This document shows positions 27,717 through 39,860 of a stretch of 64,000 nucleotides of DNA, piece by piece. This stretch comes from Nannocystales bacterium (lineage in GTDB: Bacteria > Myxococcota_A > Polyangia > Nannocystales > Nannocystaceae), in NCBI GenBank assembly GCA_050633305.1, contig JBOEGF010000022.1, forward strand, positions 96,001 through 160,000, written 5' to 3'. The notes under the pieces were generated by a model, which saw only the letters and a list, made by a program, of their open reading frames with translations, ran no database searches and was not told where the DNA came from. Each line of letters starts with the position of its first letter. Position 1 is the stretch's first letter. The position numbers and the translations under genes were made by a program.

Positions 27717-29831
27717 ATGCTGGGCAGACGTGGCTCGTGGTGGGTGCTTGGTTGCGCCTTGTTGTGGATCTTCGGAACTCCCGTGCGCCCTGCGTTCGCC
27801 GCGGGGCCGGAGGATCCGGTGCAGGCCCGGCCGGTTGCCTTCACCCATCCCGGAGACCTGCCGCAGCTCCGCCTCGTCGATGGCGCTGAGGCCCTGCCGC
27901 TGAAACACACGGACGTCCGAGCCACGGTTACGGGCCTCGTGGCGGAGGTCGAAGTCGAGCAGACGTATCGCAATACTCGGCCCGAGCCGATCGAAGCGAT
28001 CTACACCTTTCCGCTCCCTGAAAACTCCGGGGTTCGGGACATGGAGATCGTCATCGGGGAGCGTACGATCAAGTCCGAGATCAAGACGCGGGCCGATGCT
28101 CGCCGGACCTACGAGCGGGCCCGTGCCCGTGGCAACACGGCCGCGCTGCTCGAGCAGGAGCGAGCCAACATCTTCACCCAGTCGGTGGCGAACATCGCAC
28201 CGAACGAGGACATCCGGGTGCTCGTGCGGTACGTGCAGGACATCTCGTACGACGCAGGCCAGTACGAGTTTGTGTTCCCGATGGTCGTGGGCCCACGCTA
28301 CACCGCTGGGTCGACCGATGCTCAGCGGATTACGCCGTCGGTCGCGGGCGAGGGGATGCGGACCGGTCATGACATCAGTGTCGAGGTGTCGGTCGATGCG
28401 GGTATGCCCGTTCGGGACATCGAGGTCCCGACCCACGAAACGCAGACGCGCCGGGACGCGGGGCGGACCACGGTCACACTCGCGGAACGCAAGTCGATCC
28501 CCAACCGCGACTTCGTGTTGCGCTACCGTGCGGACGGACCCGAACTACAATCGACGTTGTTCATTGCCGAGCATGGGGAGGAACGCTACTTCACGCTGCT
28601 GGTTCAGCCGCCGACCGCGGATGTCGACGCGTTGGTCGGGCGCCGAGAGTTGATCTTCGTCGTCGACACTTCGGGCTCCATGTTGGGAATCCCGTTGGCA
28701 TCGTGCAAGTCCGCCATGCGTCGGTCGCTGCGGTTGCTGCGCCCCCAGGACACCTTCAATGTGATCACGTTCGCGGGCGGGACCGGGCAAGCGTTCGACC
28801 GTCCGGTGCCCGCCAATGCAGAGAACACGGCCTTCGCGGAGGCGTTCGTGGGTGGGTTGGTCGCAGGCGGGGGGACGGAGATCCTCAACGCAGTGGATGC
28901 GGCGCTGCAACCCGCGGTTGGACAAGGGCGCCATCGTTACGTGTTCTTCCTGACCGATGGCCACGTGAGTATCGAGGACGACGTCTACGCGCGGACGCGG
29001 ACGTGGGTGAGCGCGTTGGCGGAGTCCGGACAGCAGGCGCGGGTGTTCGCGTTGGGCACGGGGAGTAGCCCCAACCGAGAGCTCCTCGACAAGCTGACCA
29101 ATGCGGGGCAGGGGGCGGTGGTCTATGCCTCAAACCGCGAGGATCCGGCTCGGGCGGTGGACACGTTCCATCGCTACATCGACCACGCGGTGTTCACCGC
29201 GCCGACGATGAAGTGGGGCGGAGCAGAGGTCAGCGACACGCACCCGAGCGTGCTTCCCGACCTATACGTGAGTCGTCCAAGCACCGTTCACGGCCGTCTT
29301 CGCGGGCGGCTGCCCGCGTCCCTCGAACTCACCGGCACCCGGGCGGGTCGCAGCGTGACTCTCCCCGTCAAGGTTCAACGGTTGGGCCCCGCTGCGAGCG
29401 CGGTGCAAGCTCAGTTGTGGGCGCGGGCCGAGATCGAGGAGCTACAACTCACCGCTGTGTGGGAACGCGGCTCTCGGGAGGAGCAGATCACGCGTTTGGG
29501 TCTCGAGCACCGCCTGGCAACCCAGTACACGAGCTTCGTCGCCGTCGACACCTCCCGTGTGGTTGGACACGGACAACCGGATCGAGTCCGACAGCCGGTG
29601 GATGCGCCGGAGGGCACCGAGATGTCGCTTGCGGGTGGCTCGCAGTACGGTGATGAGGAGGAGCCGTCGCGGACGTTTTCGGTGGGTGCTCCTCGGGAAC
29701 TCGAGCTCGAGCGGAGCGGAGCTGGATGTGCGCACTGCAACGTGTCCGGTCCCGGGGGAGCCGGGAGCGGGCTCTGGCTCGGGTTGCTGTTGCTCGGTCT
29801 GAGGCGACGATGCGGGCCCTCCGAGCCTTGA
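27717..29831 (+). CDS. VIT + vWA domain protein with MYXO-CTERM-like tail
   Basis: EAIYTFPLP (VIT), FVVDTSGSM, LTDG, LATQYTSFVAVD; tail C..GPGG..LWLGLLLLGLRRR. Confidence 0.88.
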   Translation: MLGRRGSWWVLGCALLWIFGTPVRPAFAAGPEDPVQARPVAFTHPGDLPQLRLVDGAEALPLKHTDVRATVTGLVAEVEVEQTYRNTRPEPIEAIYTFPLPENSGVRDMEIVIGERTIKSEIKTRADARRTYERARARGNTAALLEQERANIFTQSVANIAPNEDIRVLVRYVQDISYDAGQYEFVFPMVVGPRYTAGSTDAQRITPSVAGEGMRTGHDISVEVSVDAGMPVRDIEVPTHETQTRRDAGRTTVTLAERKSIPNRDFVLRYRADGPELQSTLFIAEHGEERYFTLLVQPPTADVDALVGRRELIFVVDTSGSMLGIPLASCKSAMRRSLRLLRPQDTFNVITFAGGTGQAFDRPVPANAENTAFAEAFVGGLVAGGGTEILNAVDAALQPAVGQGRHRYVFFLTDGHVSIEDDVYARTRTWVSALAESGQQARVFALGTGSSPNRELLDKLTNAGQGAVVYASNREDPARAVDTFHRYIDHAVFTAPTMKWGGAEVSDTHPSVLPDLYVSRPSTVHGRLRGRLPASLELTGTRAGRSVTLPVKVQRLGPAASAVQAQLWARAEIEELQLTAVWERGSREEQITRLGLEHRLATQYTSFVAVDTSRVVGHGQPDRVRQPVDAPEGTEMSLAGGSQYGDEEEPSRTFSVGAPRELELERSGAGCAHCNVSGPGGAGSGLWLGLLLLGLRRRCGPSEP

Positions 29832-29880
29832 ATCTCCACCACGGGAATACCTCTTCGCTCCTCGCGGTCCTCGGCCGCGG

Positions 29881-30183
29881 ATGGGCAAATGGCTGGGAAT
29901 CGTGGTTGTTCTGGGTGTTTCTACGGCGGCCGCATGGTGGTTCACGGGACCGGGGTCGCAGGCCGGTCAGGCGTGCGCCAAACTCGAGACCCTGTGCGGC
30001 GAGGCTTCGGTGCCTGCCGGGGCGTGCCGGGAGGACCTCGCCGATGCGCCCCAAGCCGAGCTCGACGCCCTGGATACTTGTATCCAGCCCGCGAACTCGT
30101 GCCTTGAAGTCTCGGGTTGCCTGGCTGGGTCGGCGGCGAGAGAGCTTGCCGTCGGTGCGCTGCGAGGCGTATTCGGGCGCTGA
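29881..30183 (+). CDS. Small exported Cys-rich protein
   Basis: N-terminal hydrophobic segment, 6 Cys. Confidence 0.65.
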   Translation: MGKWLGIVVVLGVSTAAAWWFTGPGSQAGQACAKLETLCGEASVPAGACREDLADAPQAELDALDTCIQPANSCLEVSGCLAGSAARELAVGALRGVFGR

Positions 30184-30284
30184 GCCGGCGCCGTTGCGGC
30201 CCGGGGGCTTCGCGAGTGCGCCCGCTGTTCCGTGAAATCTCGATGACGCCAACGGCGTGCTCCGTTGCGGTAGCGTTGGGGTGG

Positions 30285-31712
30285 ATGAACCGACTTAGTT
30301 ATTCATTGATCATGGGAGCGGCCCTCATCGCCGGCTTCGTTGCACCGCAGGCGCAGGCCGCAGACGTTCTGGTGATCTCCAACCAGTACGCGCAGAATGC
30401 CGCGGACGACTTCGCGGCGAACACTTCTCACACCTTCACCGCGTGGGACGCATCGATCACGCCCACGCAGAAGGACCTCGACCCGTACGACGTCCTCCTC
30501 GTGTTTGAGGACGGGAACTTCGGCAACGTGACCAACGTCGGGGAGGCGCTCGCGACATTCGCAGCAGGCGGCGGCGACGTGGTTCTGGGCACGTTCTACT
30601 GGCAGGGCCGGAGTGACGGCGGGGGTGCAGGTTGGGGCACGTTCGAGAACATCGATCCGTTTACCAGCGCCGCAGGGGCTTGCGAGTACAGCCCCGACGA
30701 TCTCGATCCCGCGAGCGTGGTCGTGCACGACATGACAGCGGGGGTGTCTTCGCTCATGGCGACGGACTATCGCGGGGGCCTCACCGCCAAGGACGACACG
30801 GTTGTCCTCGCGACGTGGGCCGGCCTCAACGACAACGACGAGCCGGACCCTGTCGTGGGGTATCGCATCGAAGGAGAGTCGTGCATCGCGGGGGTGGGCA
30901 TCGCGCCGCACTACGCGGCGATCGGCACGATTGATGTCGACTTCGGCGGGGACTTCTACGCGCTGTGGGACAACGTGTTGGAGAGCGCAGACAATGACTG
31001 TGCCTTCTGTGGGAGTGGGGTGGTCGAGCCCGGAGAGGAGTGCGATGACCTGGTCGAGAGCGAGGCGTGCGATCTCGACTGCACATTTCCCGTGTGCGGG
31101 GATGGAGTGTTTAACGCGACCGCGGGAGAGGCCTGCGACGACGGCGCAGAGTCTGAGGCGTGCAATGCCGACTGCTCCCTTTCCGTATGCGGAGACGGCA
31201 TTCTCAACGAGACGGCCGGCGAGGCGTGCGATGACGGTGGTCTCGAACCCGGAGACGGTTGTGACGCGACCTGCCTCGTCGAGGACGAGGGGACGTCGAC
31301 CGGACCCGATACGGATGGCGGGTCGGATACCGACGCAGACACCGACGCGGGTTCGGACACGGACGGAAGTTCGGACACGGACGGGGGCTCGGACACGGAC
31401 GGAGGTTCGGATACCGACGGTGGGTCCGATAGCGACTCGGACTCGGACTCGGATTCGGACTCGGACTCGGACTCGGACAGCGAGACAGCATCCGGTAGCG
31501 ATAGCGACAGCGACAGCGGCCTGACCGCAACCGCTTCGGACTCCGACGCTTCCGGGGGCGACGACGGTTCTGGTGGAGCCGACACCGATGGCGACTCCGG
31601 CGGGGGCGGGGCAGACGACGGGGGCGGTTGCTCCACGGGCTCGGGCGCTCCTGGGTTCGGCTGGCTGGCGCTGTTCGGCCTGGTCGGCTTGCGGCGTCGT
31701 CGGCAGGGCTGA
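30285..31712 (+). CDS. Surface protein with Myxococcus Cys-rich repeats, SD repeats and MYXO-CTERM
   Basis: Signal AQA; CGDG...GEACDDG x3; GGCSTG..WLALFGLVGLRRRR. Confidence 0.9.
   Translation: MNRLSYSLIMGAALIAGFVAPQAQAADVLVISNQYAQNAADDFAANTSHTFTAWDASITPTQKDLDPYDVLLVFEDGNFGNVTNVGEALATFAAGGGDVVLGTFYWQGRSDGGGAGWGTFENIDPFTSAAGACEYSPDDLDPASVVVHDMTAGVSSLMATDYRGGLTAKDDTVVLATWAGLNDNDEPDPVVGYRIEGESCIAGVGIAPHYAAIGTIDVDFGGDFYALWDNVLESADNDCAFCGSGVVEPGEECDDLVESEACDLDCTFPVCGDGVFNATAGEACDDGAESEACNADCSLSVCGDGILNETAGEACDDGGLEPGDGCDATCLVEDEGTSTGPDTDGGSDTDADTDAGSDTDGSSDTDGGSDTDGGSDTDGGSDSDSDSDSDSDSDSDSDSETASGSDSDSDSGLTATASDSDASGGDDGSGGADTDGDSGGGGADDGGGCSTGSGAPGFGWLALFGLVGLRRRRQG
31308..31517 (+). repeat. Coding tandem repeats: 18-bp (DTDGGS)n then 6-bp (SD)n
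   Basis: TCGGACACGGACGG.. units and a GACTCG run at about 31434-31478. Confidence 0.9.
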
Positions 31713-31789
31713 GGCACTGCCGCCCCGACCGCTCGCACGAAGCCTGCGGTTGCGGTCGGACTCTTACGTTGCCCCGGGTCCGCGACCCG

Positions 31790-32130
31790 GGGGATGTCGA
31801 GACCCTGGAGTTCGAGGTCCCTCCCGCAGGAATCCCGTCGCTTGGCATACACGCTCGGCGGCATCGGGGCGCGTGTTGGTGGCGCAGCATTTGATCGTCG
31901 GTGGCGCGGTGCTTGCGGCCAGACGTTGCCCGGCGATCACCCACGGCGCGGACCTGAGGTGCTATCGCGGGCGGACCTACGGCGCGGCCGCGCTGATCAG
32001 TGCGGGAGCGCTGGCCCGGTGGGGTGGCACGGGCCTTCTCGCGTTCGGCTCACGGCATCTCCGTGACGGCCAAAGCCGTTCCCGTCTGACCATCCGCCCC
32101 AGCCTGCTTGGCGTCACGGGCCAGTTCTGA
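31790..32130 (+). pseudogene. Frameshifted remnant of a membrane/OM protein C-terminus
   Basis: Protein-like text crosses three frames (EVPPAGIPSL / AYTLGGIGA / VLVAQHLIVGG...IRPSLLGVTGQF*). Confidence 0.45.
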
Positions 32131-32325
32131 TCGGCCTGCCCCGCGGGCTTTGCCGACCTCGATCAAGACGGCGTTTTCTCGACGCACGAGCGCGCAGGGG
32201 CGGCGGACGACACAGCGTGAACGGGGACAGCCGGGCCCTACATCGACCGAGAACTCGAGTGGCCGGGGGCTCGATCCACAGCGAGCGAGGAAACGATTTC
32301 CCCTCGGGCGGTACGACCACACCCG

Positions 32326-33705
32326 ATGCGCTCTCCAATCGTTGCTGCGGTGGCCCTGTCTCTGTTCCTCCCGATCTCGGGAGAGGCCGCCCCCAAGAAG
32401 ACAAGTCCGTTTTCGCCCCACTCGAAGAACCCTCGACCCAGCCTCCCCACAACCCCGTCGCCGAGACCCACACTCAACCCGAAGACACGACCGCACCGGC
32501 CGAGGCCGACCGCGCCAAGGATCGACCGTTCGAAGGTCTATCGCCCGTCCGTTCCTGTGACCGGTGACCTGTCATGCCGCCGTGGAGACCTCGACTGCAA
32601 CCCGTGCACCACCGATGTACGCGGGCAGTTCGCCAAGATGCGGCGAGGCGAATCGAAGTGGAAGCGCAAGCCGTGGAGATTCGAGTGGGGCAAACGCTAC
32701 GTGCCGGATGCGACGCGTCCCTATGAGGCCTTTGATGCGGACACCCACCTCGCCAACGTGGCCGGACTCTCTTCCGCCCACCCACAAGCCTTCATCCGCA
32801 CGAACGAAGGGCCCGGCTGGTACGCCGGGACGCACAGTCAGAAGGAATCGGGGCGCCCCGGGACGGTGTTCGTCATCGACCAAGAGCGCAACGGAAAGAA
32901 GCGATTGGTCGCGCTGCACCGAACGAAGACTCAGCACCCCAATGGGCTCCACGTGTTGGGCCGCTTTCTGCTGTTCGCCGAGCGTCCGAACTCGCGCAAC
33001 CCGGACGAGCTTCGGGTGATCGATCTTCGCCGTCGAACGACGCGGCAGAACATCACCCACTTGGTTCCCGAGGCGGTCGGAGAGTCGCGGGAGATGAAAC
33101 AGTTCGGTGGCGGCTTGGGCAGCGCAAAGCTCAGCGACGGAAGCTACTTGCTCATCTCCACCGTCCCTGGAAGCCGCAAGACTCGGACGGACGAAGGAGA
33201 CCGCAAACACCGATTCCATCAGTTCTACAACATGAGGGGCGACATCTCCGACCCCTCCGATCTCACGATTCGGTTCCTGGCCGAGCAACGCTTCTCACCC
33301 ACCCCCTCAGTTCCGCAGAAGTACGAGTTTTCCGAGAACCTGTCCGTCGTGACGGAGTGCACGACAGGAGACATCTACGCCATGCACTCTAGCGGCGATG
33401 ACGAGGCGGTCGATGGTCTAGAAGGCAGGGGCTACTGGCGCCTGTCCCAGCTCGTTCAACGAGACGGGGTCCCGCAGCTGGACCCCGTCGATGTGTTCGA
33501 ACTGAAGCAGCGGGCCCAAAGCTGCCACATGCGTTCGGCGGCCTCCGTCGGTGTGGCGCCCAACGGCAGGTTGGAGTTCCTCTGCCACCAGTACCGCAAG
33601 GACCCTGACCCCTCCGTCGTCGACGTGGTCAGTGGAAATATCTTCGGCGGCAACATCTCCGGCAACGACCACTGGAACTTCCGCGCGGGCGTCCCGAAGA
33701 ACTGA
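32326..33705 (+). CDS. Secreted hypothetical protein (possible beta-propeller)
   Basis: Signal peptide, Pro/Arg-rich N-terminus, beta-rich body. Confidence 0.75.
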   Translation: MRSPIVAAVALSLFLPISGEAAPKKTSPFSPHSKNPRPSLPTTPSPRPTLNPKTRPHRPRPTAPRIDRSKVYRPSVPVTGDLSCRRGDLDCNPCTTDVRGQFAKMRRGESKWKRKPWRFEWGKRYVPDATRPYEAFDADTHLANVAGLSSAHPQAFIRTNEGPGWYAGTHSQKESGRPGTVFVIDQERNGKKRLVALHRTKTQHPNGLHVLGRFLLFAERPNSRNPDELRVIDLRRRTTRQNITHLVPEAVGESREMKQFGGGLGSAKLSDGSYLLISTVPGSRKTRTDEGDRKHRFHQFYNMRGDISDPSDLTIRFLAEQRFSPTPSVPQKYEFSENLSVVTECTTGDIYAMHSSGDDEAVDGLEGRGYWRLSQLVQRDGVPQLDPVDVFELKQRAQSCHMRSAASVGVAPNGRLEFLCHQYRKDPDPSVVDVVSGNIFGGNISGNDHWNFRAGVPKN

Positions 33706-33837
33706 GCGGCCACGGGACGGGGCGGCCAAGCGAAATGAAGTGGAAATTGGAGTGAGGCTGAGGTCGCGGAGGAGTGGGGGGGGCGCGCGAAAGGAGGGAG
33801 GAGAGCAGCGCGGTGGGGTTTCAAGACCGGCTGGGGT

Positions 33838-34857
33838 TTGAGAAGGTCGGCGCGGAGTCCTGTGGCCGTCTCATCACCATCTCGAGTTGCTGTGGGGTGC
33901 GCGGTCGCGCTGCAGCTGAGTTGTGCATCCAAGCCCGATGGACGGTCGGTGGCGACCGAAGGGAGCTCGAGCGACGGGCTACCAGGGACCACTGAGCAGG
34001 CCTCCGGGGCGACGGACACGGGGGGCGGCGACGGTTCGACCTCCACCGTGGGCTCCGAGATCTCGTCCACGGTGGCGGCTGAGAGTTCTTCGGGAGGCGT
34101 GGTTGCGACCGTCGTCGTGCACGGCCACCGCGGCGACCGGGGAAACGTTCCGCCGGGCAACACCCTGCCGTCGTTCTCGTCGGCGCTCGGGTACGGCGTG
34201 GATGTCCTCGAAGGCGACCTGCAGATCACCGATGAGGGATCGGTGGTGTTTGGTCATGACAACGACCTTCGCACTACGCCTTGTGCGTGGGCAGGCCGCG
34301 GGCCTTCGTCCTCGGCGCTGGTCTCCAACATGAGTGATGCCGAGCTGGCTCAATGGGACTGCCACCCGGAACTCGACGGGATCCAAGCTCCACCGCATCT
34401 GCATGAGGTTCTGGCGCTGAGCGAGAGCGTCGGCTTCAACCTCGAGCTCAAGCGCTGGGGGGCCGAGGCCGCCGACATCTACCTGCCCGCGTTGATCGCC
34501 CAGGACGAGGCCTGCGGAGGCTGTTTGGCGCCGCGGCTGATCGTGCAGTCATTCGACTGGATCGGCCTCGAACATGCGCATGACAGCTATGGCGCGACGT
34601 TCGAGGCTCGCCTCTCTCTATTGGCGCAGGCGCCTCGGCCCGACGAGTTGGCGGCCGCGGCTCGGTGGGCTCAGATCTGGTCGCCCAACCTGGACATCGC
34701 GACCGCGGCCGCGATCGAAGAGGCGCACGCGATGGGACTGCAGGTGGCGCCGTGGACGGTCAACGACGAGGCGGAGATGCAGCGCCTGATCGACGCTGGG
34801 GCGGACGCGATCATCACGGACTACCCCGACGTGCTGCTGGAGTTGCTCGGACGCTGA
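33838..34857 (+). CDS. Glycerophosphodiester phosphodiesterase
   Basis: GHRG, EGD, NLELK, QSFD, PWTVND, IITDYPD; start uncertain. Confidence 0.92.
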   Translation: MRRSARSPVAVSSPSRVAVGCAVALQLSCASKPDGRSVATEGSSSDGLPGTTEQASGATDTGGGDGSTSTVGSEISSTVAAESSSGGVVATVVVHGHRGDRGNVPPGNTLPSFSSALGYGVDVLEGDLQITDEGSVVFGHDNDLRTTPCAWAGRGPSSSALVSNMSDAELAQWDCHPELDGIQAPPHLHEVLALSESVGFNLELKRWGAEAADIYLPALIAQDEACGGCLAPRLIVQSFDWIGLEHAHDSYGATFEARLSLLAQAPRPDELAAAARWAQIWSPNLDIATAAAIEEAHAMGLQVAPWTVNDEAEMQRLIDAGADAIITDYPDVLLELLGR

Positions 34858-34872
34858 GGGAGTCGACCCAGC

Positions 34873-35333
34873 TTAGTCTGCGGCGGGGAGGGCGTTTTGC
34901 TTCTTGGCGCGCTGCCGGAGTTTCCAGCGCCGCCGCTTCGCGCCCAGCCAACCTTCCCCAGGCGCACGCCGTCGAACCTCGACGGTCCCCAGACGCACCC
35001 GCCCGGTGATCCGCAGGATTTGGTCCCAGCCCTCGGCGGCCGGCTCGGTGTCTTCTTCGTAGCTACCCAACAGGAGCTCGACCTCTTGGATGACGGCCCA
35101 CGTCGGGGGGATCGTGATGACGATGCTGCCGACGAGGACCTCGACATCGAAACACAGCTCGTCCACGTCGGGGAGGAGAGCATCGCGCAGGTCGAGGTTG
35201 ACCTCCGCGAACGTGGCCTTGACGAACGTCGTGCTCCCGGGCGTCCACGGACCCGTCCGCTTGGTCTCGGCGAACAGCGCCGAGATCTCGTCGGTGATGA
35301 CCCGGGCGGGGAGGTTGGAGGGAGGGGCCGACA

Positions 35334-35337
<4 letters not shown>
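34873..35337 (-). CDS. LiaF/DUF2154-like protein
   Basis: [34 protein letters not shown]. Confidence 0.7.
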
Positions 35338-37670
<2,333 letters not shown>

Positions 37671-37755
37671 GGCGGCGAGTCTTACAGCCGGCCGCCCCGG
37701 TGACAACGTCCTGCGCTTGCGCTGGGCCACGAATCGGGGCACAAACCGAGGCTAG

Positions 37756-38196
37756 ATGGGTTCGCTCGCCGACAAACTCACCGCACCTGAAGTCCGCCGC
37801 GATGTCGTCGAGGCCTTGTGCACCCTGGTGGAGGCCGAAGTCGACGGCAAGCGGGGCTTCTCCGGAGCCGCGATCAAGCTCGGCTACAAGGCCGTCAAGG
37901 CGCTCAAGCCCGGGTTTGTCGGGGGGGCCGTCAATGGCTTGCTTCCCGAGTTCGCGGACGCGATGCAGCCGCTGTACGACAAGAACGACGCGGATGCCGA
38001 CAAGTTCGCCAGCTACATCACGGCCAACGCGGCCGAGACGGCCGACCTCCTCCTGAAGGTGACGGACGGCAAGGCCGACGGGGCCAAGAACGCGACGATC
38101 AAGAAGACCTACGGAAAGCTACGAGGCTCAGCCAAGGACAACGTGCAGTCCGCGGTGCCTGGCCTGGCCAAGGCGCTTCGGCCCTTCCTGGGCTAG
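37756..38196 (+). CDS. Conserved hypothetical protein (DUF6918-like)
   Basis: GFSGAAIKLGYKAVKALKPG, LLKVTD, YGKLR motifs. Confidence 0.7.
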   Translation: MGSLADKLTAPEVRRDVVEALCTLVEAEVDGKRGFSGAAIKLGYKAVKALKPGFVGGAVNGLLPEFADAMQPLYDKNDADADKFASYITANAAETADLLLKVTDGKADGAKNATIKKTYGKLRGSAKDNVQSAVPGLAKALRPFLG

Positions 38197-39774
38197 AGCA
38201 GATCGTCCGCGGCGCCGACCTGGGAGATCGCGGCCGGCTCAGGCGTGCCCGCCGACCCGTTCGCGGGAGACTCCGCCAGTTGCACGCGGTTGCGTCCGCC
38301 CGACTTCGCCGCATACAGGGCGTCGTCGGCCCGGCGCAGGACCATCTCCCACTTGTGGCCGTCGTCAGGCAGCGTCGCGACGCCGACCGAAATGGTGACG
38401 CCCATCTGGCTACGGACGATGTCAGCGCGGAGTTTCTCGGCTTGAGCTGCGGCATCGCGTTTGTTGCAGGAGGGCAGCGCAACGAGGAACTCTTCGCCGC
38501 CGTACCGACAAGCGATGTCCGACTCCCGAAAATGGGTCTGCAGGCGCGAGCCCAACTCTCTCAACGCCTGGTCGGCCGCTTGATGTCCGTGGCTATCGTT
38601 GAACTTCTTGAAGTGGTCGACGTCGATCATCAGAATCGACAATGGTGAGTCGTCCCGCTTGGCGCGTGCGGTCTCACGGGCCATCGAAGCCTCCATGTGC
38701 CGTCGGTTGAACAAGCCCGTCAGTGGGTCGCGGAGCGCCAGCCGACTGAGGGATTCCCGAAGGTTGAGGTTGCTGACCGCGAGGGCGGAGCTGATCCGCG
38801 ATCGCTTTCCCCGCCCGTTCCACCCCGTCGCGTTCCGATCTCTGCAGCGGAGCGGAGCCACAGACCGAAATGAGGCCGATCGACTGCCCGTGCGCCGACA
38901 TCGGAATGCACATGTGCCACGACCCGTGCTCGACGTGATCGCAGCGGGGGAAGGGAGGGGTATCGCCGTTGTCTCCGGCATAGTGCGTTTGGGAGCGGCG
39001 AAGCCCCCAGCACTCCTCGGGTGTGAATCGGAGCGTGTTGTCGTCGCGCCCCCAGTGGGCCTTGCGGACAAGGCCATCTCGAGAGGAGCGGGTAAGGAAG
39101 ACGGAGACGGCGGACAGCCCGGGGCCACAGGGGATGAGGTTCTCGCCAAAGCTTGCGACGATTTGATGGGCCTCGTCCGCTGTGACGGCGTGCTGCAACA
39201 GCGACGACATCTCGCTGAGGAGCCCCATCTCGTAGCGGTAACGTTGCAGTTCTGCGACCCGGTCGCGAAGCTCGGACTCCTGTTTCTTGCGCTCGGTGAT
39301 GTCGACGATCGAGGCGAGGACGAAGCGCTCGCCATTGTCGCTGAACGGGTTGAGGCCGATCTCGATTGCGATCTCGGTTCCGTCGCGCCGAACCCCGCGG
39401 AGGTCTTGGTCCTGGTTTCGGCCCATCAATCTCGTCTTGGGGTCGTCCAAGAACTGCTGCATGAGGCGGGGGTGTCCGGGTCGGTATCGCTCCGGCACGA
39501 GCTTTTCGACCCGCTGCCCGATGAGCTCTGCGCGGCCGTATCCGAACATCGACTCGACTTGGCGGTTGACCATCGCGATCGACCCGGACGCGTCCACCAT
39601 CAGCAAACCCGTCGGAGAGGCCTCCACACCCAGGCGGTAGTGATTCGACGAGATCTGGCCCGTCCCCACCTTGGGCGGCGCATGGGTCTGTTCGTCCAAG
39701 GGCGAGTCCTGCTCCACGGCGACGCCCGAGAACGGGCAGCTGCCCGCCGATGAACTATGCCCCGCGTCGGCCAT
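38193..39774 (-). pseudogene. PAS-GAF-GGDEF diguanylate cyclase split by a 1-nt insertion near 38787
   Basis: PAS and CWGLRR GAF in ORF 38674-39774; RDPLTGLFNRR, RESD, GGEEF in ORF 38193-39335. Confidence 0.85.
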
Positions 39775-39860
39775 CAGGGTTCTTATGGGCTCCAGCAGAT
39801 ACGGAGGCGAGGCCTAGACTGGGACGGCGTTCACGCTCCGGCGTTTTGCGTGGTGGGGTG

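Noticed and set aside
31308..31517. CRISPR-like repeat array
   Set aside because: In-frame coding repeats with no unique spacers and no cas genes
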